Source: Caldilineaceae bacterium
GTDB taxonomy: Bacteria > Chloroflexota > Anaerolineae > Caldilineales > Caldilineaceae
Length of the DNA: 64,000 nt
Direction of reading: 5' to 3'
Assembly: GCA_034428395.1 (NCBI GenBank)
Contig: DAOUHX010000424.1
Coordinates: forward strand, 62,679 to 126,678
Of the stretch, positions 44,933-54,694 are shown in pieces. Below the pieces are notes generated by a model. It saw nothing but the letters and a program-made list of their open reading frames with translations, was not told where the DNA came from and searched no databases. The translations under genes and the position numbers were made by a program. Each line of letters opens with the position of its first letter. Positions within the stretch are counted from its first letter, which is position 1.

Positions 44933-46003
44933 CTACTTGGGACGGGCGATTTCGGTTTCCCGCCTGGAACTTCCGCTGGCAGCAGCGCCCGCCTTCGCCT
45001 GGCCGGCCGGAATCAGCCTGTATCCCTCGTTGTTCGCTCTCGTCAGAACTACCTCGTCCCCGCCCCTGGCAGAGAGCCATTCTCTCGCCTTCAAGCGCAA
45101 GCCCGACAGGTCGCGTCCAAAGGCATGGAGCGACGGTCCCCAACTGCTCATGCCTACGCCCACACCGCCGTTCACTCGCAGGAACTCGACACATTCAGGA
45201 ATCAGAGGACCCTGAGTATTGAATTCGAAGCGCTTGAAGCCGTAGCTCTGATATGCTTCCAACGCCGCGCCGAAAGCCGGCAAATCGGCCTCTACGAGCG
45301 CCGGCAGCATCTGCACAAGCAAAATGCGCGACATCTTCTCCACGTCCCGGGCTGCAATGGGGCATGCCTCTTCAAAGAGGTCCCGTTCCCGTTCGCCGCT
45401 CGCGCCCTCCCCGCGTGGAATTACGATCAGCACGTCCCAGTCGGGAAAACTGTAACGCGCCAAGACCGGAGGCGGCGACACGCCAACGGATGCCGAAGAG
45501 GGTAAGTAGCCCTCCTTGCTGCCCCGCCCGCGACGGAAGCGATGACCGCCGTCGAGAACGAATCCCCCGGTCTCGATCGCGCCGACGCCGATCCCCGAGG
45601 TACCTCCACGCCCGACCAGCGCGGCAATTTCGGACGCGGGAGCCTTCCGCCCGTAGAGCGCACATATTGCTATCCCCGCGCCCACTAGGGTCTGTGAAGC
45701 GCTGCCGAGGCCGGAATGCGGCTTCGCACGCGCAAGGACTCTGACCGACGCGCCTGGCAATGCATACGACTCGCAGACCGCGCGCGCCGCCGCACACAGG
45801 CGGTCTTCGAAGTCCCGGTCCATCGGGCAGGCAACCTCGACTGCGGGGCCTCGGCTGGCTGAAACTACTGTGCGCGGTTCTTCCAAGGCCAGGCCGATAC
45901 CTCCGTCGATACGGCCCAGCCCGCCGTTCAGGTCGAGAAGGCCAAAGTGAAGCCGCGCGGGCGTCTGTATCGTAATCGGTCCCGTTACTTGCTTCGTTGA
46001 CAC
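44933..46003 (-). CDS. Beta-ribofuranosylaminobenzene 5'-phosphate (beta-RFAP) synthase-like GHMP-family protein
   Basis: 356 aa, GTG start. TPARLHFGLLDLNGGLGRIDGGIGLAL, PHSGLGSASQ (GHMP motif) and GRGGTSGIGVGAIETGGFVLDGG fit the TIGR00144-type pattern as I recall it. Confidence 0.65.
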   Translation of the reverse strand: MSTKQVTGPITIQTPARLHFGLLDLNGGLGRIDGGIGLALEEPRTVVSASRGPAVEVACPMDRDFEDRLCAAARAVCESYALPGASVRVLARAKPHSGLGSASQTLVGAGIAICALYGRKAPASEIAALVGRGGTSGIGVGAIETGGFVLDGGHRFRRGRGSKEGYLPSSASVGVSPPPVLARYSFPDWDVLIVIPRGEGASGERERDLFEEACPIAARDVEKMSRILLVQMLPALVEADLPAFGAALEAYQSYGFKRFEFNTQGPLIPECVEFLRVNGGVGVGMSSWGPSLHAFGRDLSGLRLKAREWLSARGGDEVVLTRANNEGYRLIPAGQAKAGAAASGSSRRETEIARPK

Positions 46004-46037
46004 GGCTCTCGTTTAACTCCTGCCTCTCGACGCGAAT

Positions 46038-46784
46038 TCAGCTCAGGTCGCCGGACAGATGCATGATGATTGTAACCGCCGCAATCGCGGCGGTTTCAGC
46101 GCGCAGCAGGCGCGGTCCCATCGACACCGGCTGCCAGCCGGCCTCGATGGCCGTGCCGGCCTCTTCGTCGCTGATACCCCCTTCCGGACCGACGAGTAAG
46201 GATGCCGCCTTTGCGTCAGCAAACCCGGTATCGATTCCGGGGGCGCTGCTTCCTGCGCTCTCCCAAGGCATCAGAAGGTGCCCGCTGCCCTGTTTCACGG
46301 CCTGACCCCAGCTTTGCGGCTCGGCCAGAACGGGCAACCGGCCGCGCCCGCTCTGCTCGGCCGCTTCCCGCAATATCGCGCGCCATCGATCGTGCTTTTT
46401 GGACAGAATCCCACGCGGACGTGCGACGGTTCGGCTGCTGATAACCGGCACAAAACGGCGCACTCCCAGTTCCGCCCCCTTTTGAAGGACCCACTCGAAG
46501 CTGTCTCGCTTCAGCGCGCACTGGAAGAGCGTCAACTCGACCTTCGGCTCGCTCTCCACCGGCGCCCTCGCCAGGACCAGGCCCGCGGCCCGCTGGCCGT
46601 CCAGGACCTCGATGCGGGTGTGAAAGGCCGCCCCGCTGTCGTCGAGCAAAGTGATCGTGTCCCCGGGAGAAAGTCGCAGGACGTTGCGAAGCTGGTGTGC
46701 CAGCGGCGCCAGGTCGATGTCGCCTTCGACCTCTAACGATTCGCCCTCGATGAAAAAGCGGTGGTGCGCCTTTTCAACCCCCAT
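46038..46784 (-). CDS. rsmE: 16S rRNA (uracil1498-N3)-methyltransferase
   Basis: Start re-set to MGVEKAHHRFFIEGE. HQLRNVLRLSPGD and the C-terminal SPOUT knot LLVGPEGGISDEE...VSMGPRLLRAETAAI are present. Overlaps the prmA stop by 11 nt. Confidence 0.85.
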   Translation of the reverse strand: MGVEKAHHRFFIEGESLEVEGDIDLAPLAHQLRNVLRLSPGDTITLLDDSGAAFHTRIEVLDGQRAAGLVLARAPVESEPKVELTLFQCALKRDSFEWVLQKGAELGVRRFVPVISSRTVARPRGILSKKHDRWRAILREAAEQSGRGRLPVLAEPQSWGQAVKQGSGHLLMPWESAGSSAPGIDTGFADAKAASLLVGPEGGISDEEAGTAIEAGWQPVSMGPRLLRAETAAIAAVTIIMHLSGDLS

Positions 46785-47766
46785 TTTCCCGTTCCCCTCT
46801 GCAGTCGCGCATGACCAGCGCCACCCAGTCTCCCTCTTGCAGCCGGTCGACCTCGCGCAGGCCATGCCGTGCGGCTGCCGATTGTACGATTCCGACCCTG
46901 TCTTCCAGGATTCCTGACAGAATCAGGTGCCCTCCGGGCGCAAGCGGCTCACACAACGGCACGTTCCCGTATTCACCATCCAGCAGGCCGACCAGGACTT
47001 CAGCGAGGATATTGGCCACGATTAGAGGGAAACGACCGGATTGCCCGGGCGGTACGCTTGCCTGTTCAACCCGCATTGTCTCGCCGGAACAGGGAATCGC
47101 GTTGCGCCCGGCGTTGTCGCGCGCCGCGCGTACTGCCAACGGATCGATATCGGTCGCCCAGACCGGCCGCGCGCCCAGCCGGGCCGCCGTGATGGCAAGA
47201 ACGCCGCTTCCCGTGCCAACATCCAGTACGGGCTCGTTAGGTCGGACCTTATCTTCGAGCGCAGCCACGCAGAGTCGCGTCGTCGGGTGCAGACCCGTGC
47301 CAAACGCCATGCCCGGTTCCAGACGGACCACCAGTTCACCGGGCCGTATTTCAGGCGTCTCCCAAGCCGGCGACAGCAGAACGCGCCTCCCGATACGCAG
47401 GGGCTTAAAGTGCTTCTTCCAGGCATGCGCCCAGTCTTCCTCGCTCATGCGGCGCAGCGAAGGCTCAGGCATGGGATAGAGCAGACGCAGATGCCACAGC
47501 CCCTCTTCAATTCTGGACTGTATTCGCCGGCCTCGTACACCGGGCTTGAGATAGGTCTTGACAACGTGACGAAACTGGCCTGATCCAAGCCTGCCGCAAC
47601 CGTCGTGAGGGGTAGACTCTATGACGGCCCCTCCACCTGATGCTTCGCCGGCCCGGCTGTCCTCGACCCAGTCGCCGCCGTTGAAGCGATTGAATAGTTC
47701 GGCGACCGCCTCGGCCGCCTCGCCGTCAGCTTCGACCGCGATCTCTAATAGCTCGTCGGATTCCAT
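46774..47766 (-). CDS. prmA: Ribosomal protein L11 methyltransferase
   Basis: 330 aa. FGTGLHPTTRLC and VLDVGTGSGVLAI SAM-binding motifs, with the typical PrmA N-terminus. Confidence 0.85.
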   Translation of the reverse strand: MESDELLEIAVEADGEAAEAVAELFNRFNGGDWVEDSRAGEASGGGAVIESTPHDGCGRLGSGQFRHVVKTYLKPGVRGRRIQSRIEEGLWHLRLLYPMPEPSLRRMSEEDWAHAWKKHFKPLRIGRRVLLSPAWETPEIRPGELVVRLEPGMAFGTGLHPTTRLCVAALEDKVRPNEPVLDVGTGSGVLAITAARLGARPVWATDIDPLAVRAARDNAGRNAIPCSGETMRVEQASVPPGQSGRFPLIVANILAEVLVGLLDGEYGNVPLCEPLAPGGHLILSGILEDRVGIVQSAAARHGLREVDRLQEGDWVALVMRDCRGERENGG

Positions 47767-47872
47767 GGCGATTCAGTGGTAATCCACGGGATTTCTCGGC
47801 GCGATGGCACTTGCGATATACTTCGGCGCCGTGCGTCAGTCGATTTCGCTTTCGAACTGAATACTACACCCG

Positions 47873-48781
47873 ATGTCATTGCCTGCGCGTTCTTACTTCA
47901 ACCTCGCCCTTTGCATTCTGCTCTGGGCTTCAATCCCCGTCGCCTCGAAAACGATCCTGGCAGAACTGGACAACTTGCAGATGCTCTTCTGGAGCACGGT
48001 CTTCTCGGTCCTGGCGCTGGCGGCCCTCGTGGTCGGGCAGGGGAAGATCTCCACTCTCAAGAGCTACGGTCTTTCCGGCATCTTGAGCCTCGGCTGGCTG
48101 GGCTTTCTTGGCGCCTTTCTATACTACATTCTTCTCTACGGCGCCTTTGCTCGAACTTCGGCGGCCGAGGGGTTCATTCTGGCTTACACGTGGCCGATCA
48201 TGGTTTCGGTGCTGGCGGTACCGCTTCTGGGCGAACGCCTCACCGTGGCCAGGATTCTGGCGGTTGCGACCAGCTTTTTCGGGGTCGTGGTGATTGTTAC
48301 GCGCGGCCGATTTGTGGAGTTGAGCGTTACAAGCCTTCCGGGAAATCTGATGGCTTTATGCGGAGCATTCGTCTTCGCGCTGTTCTCAATACAGGGAAAA
48401 CGGGTAGGCTATGACCTGACGGTCGCCGCATTTGTATACTTCGTTGCCGCACTGTTCTGCTCTGGGGTCGCGATGGCTTTCGTCGGGTTCACAACTCTGC
48501 CCCCGCTTCACATTTGGGGATGGATCCTTTATAACGGCCTGCTCGTGAACGGGATCAGCTACCTGTTCTGGTTTAAGGCGCTGCAACACGCCGACACGTT
48601 TGTAGTCTCAAACCTGCTTTACCTAACGCCGGCACTTTCGCTCCTGTTCGTCCGCCTGTTCCTCGACGAGCCAACGCACCTGTCAGCCCTGCTCGGTTTG
48701 CTCTTGATTGTTGCCGGAATCCTGCTGCAGTCCTGGAAGAAGATCCTGGGCCCTGCCCTCGGCAAGGATCCCCTAGACTGA
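47873..48781 (+). CDS. DMT-superfamily (EamA-like) transporter
   Basis: 302 aa, 10 TM, with two EamA-type halves (LWASIPVASK.. / ..ISYLFWFKALQH). Confidence 0.8.
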   Translation: MSLPARSYFNLALCILLWASIPVASKTILAELDNLQMLFWSTVFSVLALAALVVGQGKISTLKSYGLSGILSLGWLGFLGAFLYYILLYGAFARTSAAEGFILAYTWPIMVSVLAVPLLGERLTVARILAVATSFFGVVVIVTRGRFVELSVTSLPGNLMALCGAFVFALFSIQGKRVGYDLTVAAFVYFVAALFCSGVAMAFVGFTTLPPLHIWGWILYNGLLVNGISYLFWFKALQHADTFVVSNLLYLTPALSLLFVRLFLDEPTHLSALLGLLLIVAGILLQSWKKILGPALGKDPLD

Positions 48782-48813
48782 GCGTGTGAAGATCTGAAAG
48801 AGGAATTGCAGGG

Positions 48814-49938
48814 TTAGTCGGGGCGCAGAATGCGGTCGAAAAAGCCGCGCCTCGGTTCGTGGACCTCCTCGCCCAGGCTCTCGGCAAGCTGGCGAAACAA
48901 CATCTCCTGCTCTTCGGTCAGATCGGTTGGCGTCAGAAGGCGCACGGTAACGATCAGGTCCCCCCGGCCGCTGCGCTGGAGCCGCGGGATTCCAATCCCT
49001 GCCTTGTGGAATCTCTTGCCGGTCTGTGTGCCTGCCGGGATGTCGAGGACGAAAGACTCCCCTTCCAGCGTTGGAATATCCACCGATGCGCCAAGCGTAG
49101 CCTGCGCGACGCTCAAAGGCAGCTCCATGTGGAGATCAAACTCGTCGCGGGCGAAAACCGGGTGGTCCTGCACGCCGATCAGGACATATAGATTGCCGCG
49201 CGGACCGCCAAGCGAGCCGGCCTCTCCTTCCCCGGCCAGCCTGATGCGCGTGCCTTCATCAACGCCGGCAGGCACGTTTACCTTTATCTTTCGGGTCACG
49301 CGCGTGCGCTTGCGTCCTCGACACACGTTGCAAACGGTGGCGATAACCTCGCCCTCTCCATTGCAGCGTGGGCAGGCCGCGGCGGTCACGATCGTTCCGA
49401 AAAGGGGGCTCTGCTGCCGACGTTGCACCTCGCCGCTTCCGCCGCAGGTGGGACATCTCTCGGGAGTTGTCCCCGGCTCCGCGCCGCTGCCACCGCAGGA
49501 CTCGCACTCCTCCATGCGAGGCACTTCAATTTCCTTCTCCGTGCCGAACGCGGCGTCTTCGAAACTTAGAGAAATGTCGACGCGCAGATCCGCGCCGCGC
49601 CGCGGGGCCCGGCGACTGGTCCGACCCATGCCGCCAAAACCGCCGAAAAACTCCTCGAAGATGCTGCCGAGGTCGCCAAAGCCCTGGCCGAAGTCGCTGA
49701 ATCCACCCGACCCGCCCAGGCCGGAATGGCCGAAGCGGTCATAAACGGCCCGCTTCTGAGGATCGTTTAGAACCTGGTATGCCTCGTTGATCTCCTTGAA
49801 CTTGCTCTCGGCTTCGGCATCGGAGTTGACGTCGGGGTGATACTGCTGGGCAAGTTTACGGAAGGCCTGCTTGAGCGTACGTTCGTCCGCGCCTCGGTCC
49901 ACACCGAGAACCTCGTAGTAGTCACGCTTCTCGCTCAT
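48814..49938 (-). CDS. dnaJ: Molecular chaperone DnaJ
   Basis: J domain ([31 protein letters not shown]), G/F region, and four CxxCxGxG zinc motifs. Confidence 0.95.
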   Translation of the reverse strand: MSEKRDYYEVLGVDRGADERTLKQAFRKLAQQYHPDVNSDAEAESKFKEINEAYQVLNDPQKRAVYDRFGHSGLGGSGGFSDFGQGFGDLGSIFEEFFGGFGGMGRTSRRAPRRGADLRVDISLSFEDAAFGTEKEIEVPRMEECESCGGSGAEPGTTPERCPTCGGSGEVQRRQQSPLFGTIVTAAACPRCNGEGEVIATVCNVCRGRKRTRVTRKIKVNVPAGVDEGTRIRLAGEGEAGSLGGPRGNLYVLIGVQDHPVFARDEFDLHMELPLSVAQATLGASVDIPTLEGESFVLDIPAGTQTGKRFHKAGIGIPRLQRSGRGDLIVTVRLLTPTDLTEEQEMLFRQLAESLGEEVHEPRRGFFDRILRPD

Positions 49939-49944
49939 GAATTG

Positions 49945-50196
49945 CTATTCCCAACTGATGATCCATGCGCAAAGGCCGGCCAGCCCTACCGTCGCGCCGA
50001 TGAGTGCTGCCCACTGCCCACCACCAAATCCCACATCGCGAGCACTGTAGACAAGAATTGCAACAAAACCGACAGCAAGAACTATCCAGTTGGATATTGT
50101 CGTATGCTCGACCCAGAACCGTCTCAGAAAATCCATCTGACGTGGCAATTCGCCTAGAATCTTGGCTTCTGCGCGCATGACCGTCCTAGCGCGCAA
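49945..50196 (-). CDS. Small membrane protein (hypothetical)
   Basis: 83-aa ORF (the start could be internal) with two TM helices, between coaE and dnaJ. Overlaps the coaE stop by 11 nt. Confidence 0.35.
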   Translation of the reverse strand: MRARTVMRAEAKILGELPRQMDFLRRFWVEHTTISNWIVLAVGFVAILVYSARDVGFGGGQWAALIGATVGLAGLCAWIISWE

Positions 50197-50818
50197 GCGT
50201 CGTCATTCTGCGCGGGTAGCGCCTCTTCAGATCGTCCCAGATGGCGTCGAGTTGGGCGTGCAGCTCTGTCAGCGTGCCGTCGTTGTCGATGACACGGTCG
50301 GCCTGGTTCACCTTGGCGGCCTGGGGCGGCTGCAAATCTATCATGCGGCGGGCGTCGGTCTCCTCCATTTTGCGCATCTCGAGCAACCGTCGGAACTGTG
50401 TGGCGAAACTGGAAGTGACGACCCATATCTCATCGCAGAGCGTCGACATCAACCCGGCCTCCAACAGTTTGATCGCTTCGAGGATGATCACGGGGGAGTC
50501 GTTGTCGGCGATTTCCTGCTTCCCCAGCTCGAAAATCTTGGGGTGGACGATCTTTTCGAGTCGGCCGAGGTCCAGCGGATTGGAGAAGACGATCTTGCCC
50601 AGCTTCTTGCGATCAATCGTGCCGTCCTCCCTTAGAATCCCTTTGCCGAAGGCGCGCACCACCGCATCGTAGGCCGGTCCCCCAGGCTCTATCACGCGGT
50701 GGCCCAGTTTGTCGGCATCGATGATCGTCGCACACTTCTCAATCAGGTAGTTGAGAATCGTGCTCTTGCCCGTAGCGATGTTCCCAGTTAGCCCGATGAC
50801 CAGTGATCTGCGCGCCAT
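50186..50818 (-). CDS. coaE: Dephospho-CoA kinase
   Basis: VIGLTGNIATGKST P-loop and the typical CoaE layout (IDADKLGH..., ILEAIKLLEAG). Confidence 0.9.
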   Translation of the reverse strand: MARRSLVIGLTGNIATGKSTILNYLIEKCATIIDADKLGHRVIEPGGPAYDAVVRAFGKGILREDGTIDRKKLGKIVFSNPLDLGRLEKIVHPKIFELGKQEIADNDSPVIILEAIKLLEAGLMSTLCDEIWVVTSSFATQFRRLLEMRKMEETDARRMIDLQPPQAAKVNQADRVIDNDGTLTELHAQLDAIWDDLKRRYPRRMTTLAR

Positions 50819-50892
50819 CTCGAAAGTCCTTCTCCTATGGTGAATGCCGCCCGCCCTATTTTAGCCGAAGGAGTCGCCTGCTGACAAGCCCG

Positions 50893-53028
50893 TCATACCG
50901 CCATTGCCGCCCACTCTTCCATCAATGTCTCCAACTGTGTTGTTAGCGAGCGGTGACTTTCCTGGAGGGTGTGAAGCCGTTCCAACTCCTGGGCCAGGCT
51001 CGCCTCCGCCATGGCGCGCTCAACCGTTTCCAGCCTGCTCTCGAGGCGTTCGATTCGCTGCTCCGCCTCGGCGGCAGCCTGTTCGCGGCGCTCCGCCTGC
51101 TGGCGCCGCCGCCGATCGGAGCGCTGCCTCTCTCGTTCGGCCTGGGCCTCGCTCTGCCCGGTTTCGACAGGATTCGCCACCGCACCTTTCTCGGCAACTG
51201 AACGCTCTTGCTGCCACTGCCTCCACGTGCCCTTGAACAGCTCCATCCTGCCCGGCTGACCGCTTTCTCCTCTCTCGACGTGCCAGATCTGGGTGGCCAG
51301 CGCGTCAACCAACGCCCGATCATGCGTAACAAGCATAATCGTTCCGCTGAACTGTCGCAGCGCGTCCTGGAGAATCACCTGGCTGTCCAGGTCGAGGTGA
51401 TTGGTCGGCTCGTCCAGCAGCAGGAAATTCGCGCCTTGCAGAATCAGACGCGCCAAGGCTACGCGGCTGCGTTCTCCACCCGAAAGGCTTTCGATAGTCT
51501 GAAAAACGTCGTCGCCGCTGAACAGAAACTGGCCCAGAAACGTGCGCGCCCGCACCGTAGGCAAACGCTTTATCTCCAGTAGTGCATCGAGGACCGTTTG
51601 GCTGCCCTGCATCAGGCCGAAGCCTGCGCCGGTATGCCGCTGCGCGAGATAGCCTACCTCAACCGAGGCGCCCAGCTCGACGCGACCGGTAAGCGGCTCC
51701 AACTCCTCCAGAATCGTGCGGACAAACGTTGTCTTGCCTGCGCCATTCGGCCCAATCAGCGCCACAACCTGCCCCCGGTTCAGGTCCAGATCCGGCACTT
51801 CCAGAACCGGGGTATCGGACGAGGACAGCGTCCGCATAGGCCGCAGTCGACCCTGCGGCTTCGGGAGGCCGCGACCGACAGATGCCGTGCCGTCTTCCAC
51901 CCCGCCTGCATTTGCCAGGAGGCGACCAGGATTCACGGTTGGGCGTCCGTCTACCGACCCACTTTCATCGGATTTGCCCCGCCCTGCGCCGCCCGCCGGC
52001 GGCTCGATCCTATAGCCTGCCACCAGTTTGCGCGTGCGGAGCACGAGGTCGCCGCTGCGCGAATTAGAACGCAAAGGAAGGCGAATCCGTTGTTCCGCGG
52101 GCGGCGGCGGCAGGGCTTCCTGCTCCATAAATTTGTTCAGCCGCGTCTCCCGGCCCTGTGCCTCCTTCGTGCGCTGGCCTGCCTTATAGCGGCGCACGAA
52201 CTCCTGCGTATCGCGGATGTATTTCTGCTGTCGCTCGTACTCCTTGCGCCAGAGGGCGTAGCGCTCTTCCCGTTGCTGCCGGTAGTGGCTGTAGTTCCCG
52301 CGATAGCTCTCCACCCGGCGGCTGGAAAGATCCCAGATCCTCGTCGCGACCGCGTCGAGAAAGTAGCGATCGTGGGAAACGACGACCAACGCCCCCTTCC
52401 AGCCTGTCAGCACGCCTTCCAGCCAGCCCATCGAGCGGACGTCCAGGTGATTCGTCGGTTCATCCAACAGAAGCACGTCCGGCTCTTCGAGCAACAGACG
52501 GCCCAGGCTGACCCGGGTTCTCTGCCCGCCGCTGAGGTGGGAAAGCGGCGCGTGCCAGAGCGCCCTATCCAGGCCAAGACCGGTCAGAACAAAGTGAATT
52601 CTTTGATCGACCAGATAGCCTCCGGCGCGCTCAAACGCTTCCTGCTGCTTTCCGTAACTCGCCAGCAGGGGCCCCAGCTCGGCCTCTCCCTGACCGACTT
52701 CATTCATGCGAGCTTCCAGCCTCCGCATCAGCTCGCCCTGCGTCAGGAGCGCGGCAAATACGTCCTTCAGCTCGGTGTACGGCGTGCGGCCGCCAGCCGG
52801 TGGAGGGTCCTGCGCCAGGAAACCGACGCGCGTTTCACGGGCGACAAAGAGGTCCCCCGTGAAGCCCGTATCGATGCGCGCAAGCGCCCTCAGCAGACTG
52901 GTCTTGCCCGCCCCGTTCGACCCCACCAGCCCGATCCGGTCACCACTCTCGATGCGCACGCTGACATTTTCCAGCACATCGAGGTCGCCGTAATTCTTGG
53001 AAATCTTATTCGCGACGAGAAGGCTCAT
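50893..53028 (-). CDS. ABC-F family ATPase (two NBDs, no TMD) with an insertion before NBD2 and an Arg/Glu-rich C-terminal coiled coil
   Basis: Start re-set to MSLLVANKISKNYG (ATG 53028). Two Walker A motifs (GSNGAGKTS; GPNGAGKTT) and two LSGG signatures. C-terminus is RERQRSDRRRRQQAERREQAAAEAEQRIERLESRLE. Confidence 0.85.
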   Translation of the reverse strand: MSLLVANKISKNYGDLDVLENVSVRIESGDRIGLVGSNGAGKTSLLRALARIDTGFTGDLFVARETRVGFLAQDPPPAGGRTPYTELKDVFAALLTQGELMRRLEARMNEVGQGEAELGPLLASYGKQQEAFERAGGYLVDQRIHFVLTGLGLDRALWHAPLSHLSGGQRTRVSLGRLLLEEPDVLLLDEPTNHLDVRSMGWLEGVLTGWKGALVVVSHDRYFLDAVATRIWDLSSRRVESYRGNYSHYRQQREERYALWRKEYERQQKYIRDTQEFVRRYKAGQRTKEAQGRETRLNKFMEQEALPPPPAEQRIRLPLRSNSRSGDLVLRTRKLVAGYRIEPPAGGAGRGKSDESGSVDGRPTVNPGRLLANAGGVEDGTASVGRGLPKPQGRLRPMRTLSSSDTPVLEVPDLDLNRGQVVALIGPNGAGKTTFVRTILEELEPLTGRVELGASVEVGYLAQRHTGAGFGLMQGSQTVLDALLEIKRLPTVRARTFLGQFLFSGDDVFQTIESLSGGERSRVALARLILQGANFLLLDEPTNHLDLDSQVILQDALRQFSGTIMLVTHDRALVDALATQIWHVERGESGQPGRMELFKGTWRQWQQERSVAEKGAVANPVETGQSEAQAERERQRSDRRRRQQAERREQAAAEAEQRIERLESRLETVERAMAEASLAQELERLHTLQESHRSLTTQLETLMEEWAAMAV

Positions 53029-53205
53029 GCGAGATTCCGGTCTAGCGCCTGATAGGGACATAGAAACGCCAAACTGCTTTGCCCACTCCACGCTCAGGCG
53101 GTTGCCTGTGCCAGTAGCGGCCGACAGTCTGGCTGTCGTGGCAACTATACCACAGCGGCCGCGCTTTGCCGATACGGCAGGCAGTGACGCAAAAAATTGG
53201 TTGTC

Positions 53206-53235
53206 TTGCCCGAACGTAAATCGTTCGTATATAAT
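53206..53235 (+). promoter_or_regulatory. Candidate sigma70 promoter of the liv-type operon
   Basis: TTGCCC (53206-53211), 18-nt spacer, TATAAT (53230-53235). About 125 nt upstream of ATG 53362. Confidence 0.35.
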
Positions 53236-53361
53236 CGGAAGTTGGATAGGACGGCAGCTGTTTCCTCCGGGCTCACCTGGCAATTCCTCGTCTTCGAGGT
53301 GGATGCGTATGTACGGAACTATGTCAGCCTGCGGACCACGTTCAACTCAAAGGAGGTTCAC

Positions 53362-54618
53362 ATGTCCAAATCTTTCACAGTTCTCGGTTTGATCCTTGTT
53401 GCAGTCCTCGCGCTCGCCGCCTGCGTTGCCGCTCCATCGCCTGCGGAAGCGCCCATGGCCGACGATCAGATGGAGGACGCGCCCGCAGATATGAGCGGGA
53501 AAGTTGTCATCCCCGCGGGCGGAATGATTCGCATTGGCGGCTCCTTTGCCCTGACAGGGCCGATTCCGGACCCGGGCAAGGACATTCAGTATGGCGCCGA
53601 AATCGCTATCGACGATCTCAACGCGATGGGCGGTTTTGAAGGCTTCATGTTCGAGCTGGTCGGTGAAGACGGCGCATGTGACGGCACGCAAGGCACGAAC
53701 GTGGGCAACAAATTTGCCGCCGATGAAACTATCGTCGCCGTGTCGGGCGGTACCTGCTCCGGCGAGACGTTCGGGCTGATGCCGATCTTGCAGGAGGCGC
53801 GCATCCCCTTCGTCAGCCCCAGCGCTACCAATCCTGACATTACGTCGGAGGACTGCGATGTCTGCAACCGCGTTGCGCTGAGCGACGCCTTGCAGGGCGT
53901 CACCGACGCCAACTTTGTCGTGAATGAATTGGGCCTTTCCAAGTTCGCGGTTGTCCATGACAACTCCGACTACGGCAAGGGCCTGGCTGAGATTTTCCAG
54001 AACCATCTGATGGCAATCGGCGGCGAAGTCTCCAGTTTCGAAGGCGCGCAGGTCGGGGATACTGACTTTCGCGCCATGCTGGCCAAAGTTGGCGCAGACG
54101 GCCCGGAGGGTATCTTCTTTGCCGGCTACTCGACCGAGGCGGGTCTGATCGCCCAGCAGATGACCGAGACACCCGGGCTCGAAAACACGGTCTTCATGAG
54201 CGTTGACGGTGCCTACACACAGCAGTATCTCGACGCAGCCGGCCCAGCCGCCGAAGGCACGTACGTCTCCTTCGTCGCCGGAGCCGAGTCCGAAGAGATG
54301 AACACCGAGTTTGACGCCAAATTCATGGACAAGTACGGTGTCGCAGCCGGTGACCTTGGCCCGTTCCACGGCCAGAGCTACGATTCTGTCAAGCTGATCG
54401 CCGCCGCCATCATGGAAGTGGGCGAGGTCGGCGATGACGGTAGCCTCGTAATTGACCGGGAAGCCTTGATTGCAGCCATCCGCTCCGTCGGCCCAATCAA
54501 TGGCCTGACAGGCTCACTCATGTGCGACGCCATGGGCGAGTGCGGCGCAGGCGGTGTGCAGATCTTCCAGGTAGGAGACGGCGACTTCAACCAGGTCTCC
54601 GGCTTTGGCTTGGAGTAA
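53362..54618 (+). CDS. Branched-chain amino acid ABC transporter substrate-binding lipoprotein (LivJ/K-like, type I PBP)
   Basis: ATG 53362 is preceded by AAGGAGG. Lipobox LALAAC, followed by a periplasmic-binding-protein type 1 body (IRIGGSFALTGP..., DNSDYGKG). Confidence 0.85.
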   Translation: MSKSFTVLGLILVAVLALAACVAAPSPAEAPMADDQMEDAPADMSGKVVIPAGGMIRIGGSFALTGPIPDPGKDIQYGAEIAIDDLNAMGGFEGFMFELVGEDGACDGTQGTNVGNKFAADETIVAVSGGTCSGETFGLMPILQEARIPFVSPSATNPDITSEDCDVCNRVALSDALQGVTDANFVVNELGLSKFAVVHDNSDYGKGLAEIFQNHLMAIGGEVSSFEGAQVGDTDFRAMLAKVGADGPEGIFFAGYSTEAGLIAQQMTETPGLENTVFMSVDGAYTQQYLDAAGPAAEGTYVSFVAGAESEEMNTEFDAKFMDKYGVAAGDLGPFHGQSYDSVKLIAAAIMEVGEVGDDGSLVIDREALIAAIRSVGPINGLTGSLMCDAMGECGAGGVQIFQVGDGDFNQVSGFGLE

Positions 54619-54624
54619 TCTACC

Positions 54625-54667
54625 GAGAGAGGAGAAGGAGCCCTGAACGCCCTCCATCTCCTCTCTC
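54625..54667 (+). other. Stem-loop after the SBP gene (11-bp stem), followed by a C/T-rich tract
   Basis: GAGAGAGGAGA (54625-54635) pairs with TCTCCTCTCTC (54657-54667), then CCCCTCTTTTCCC. A possible partial terminator or mRNA stabiliser. Confidence 0.45.
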
Positions 54668-54694
54668 CCCCTCTTTTCCCACTCGAAGGCGGGT

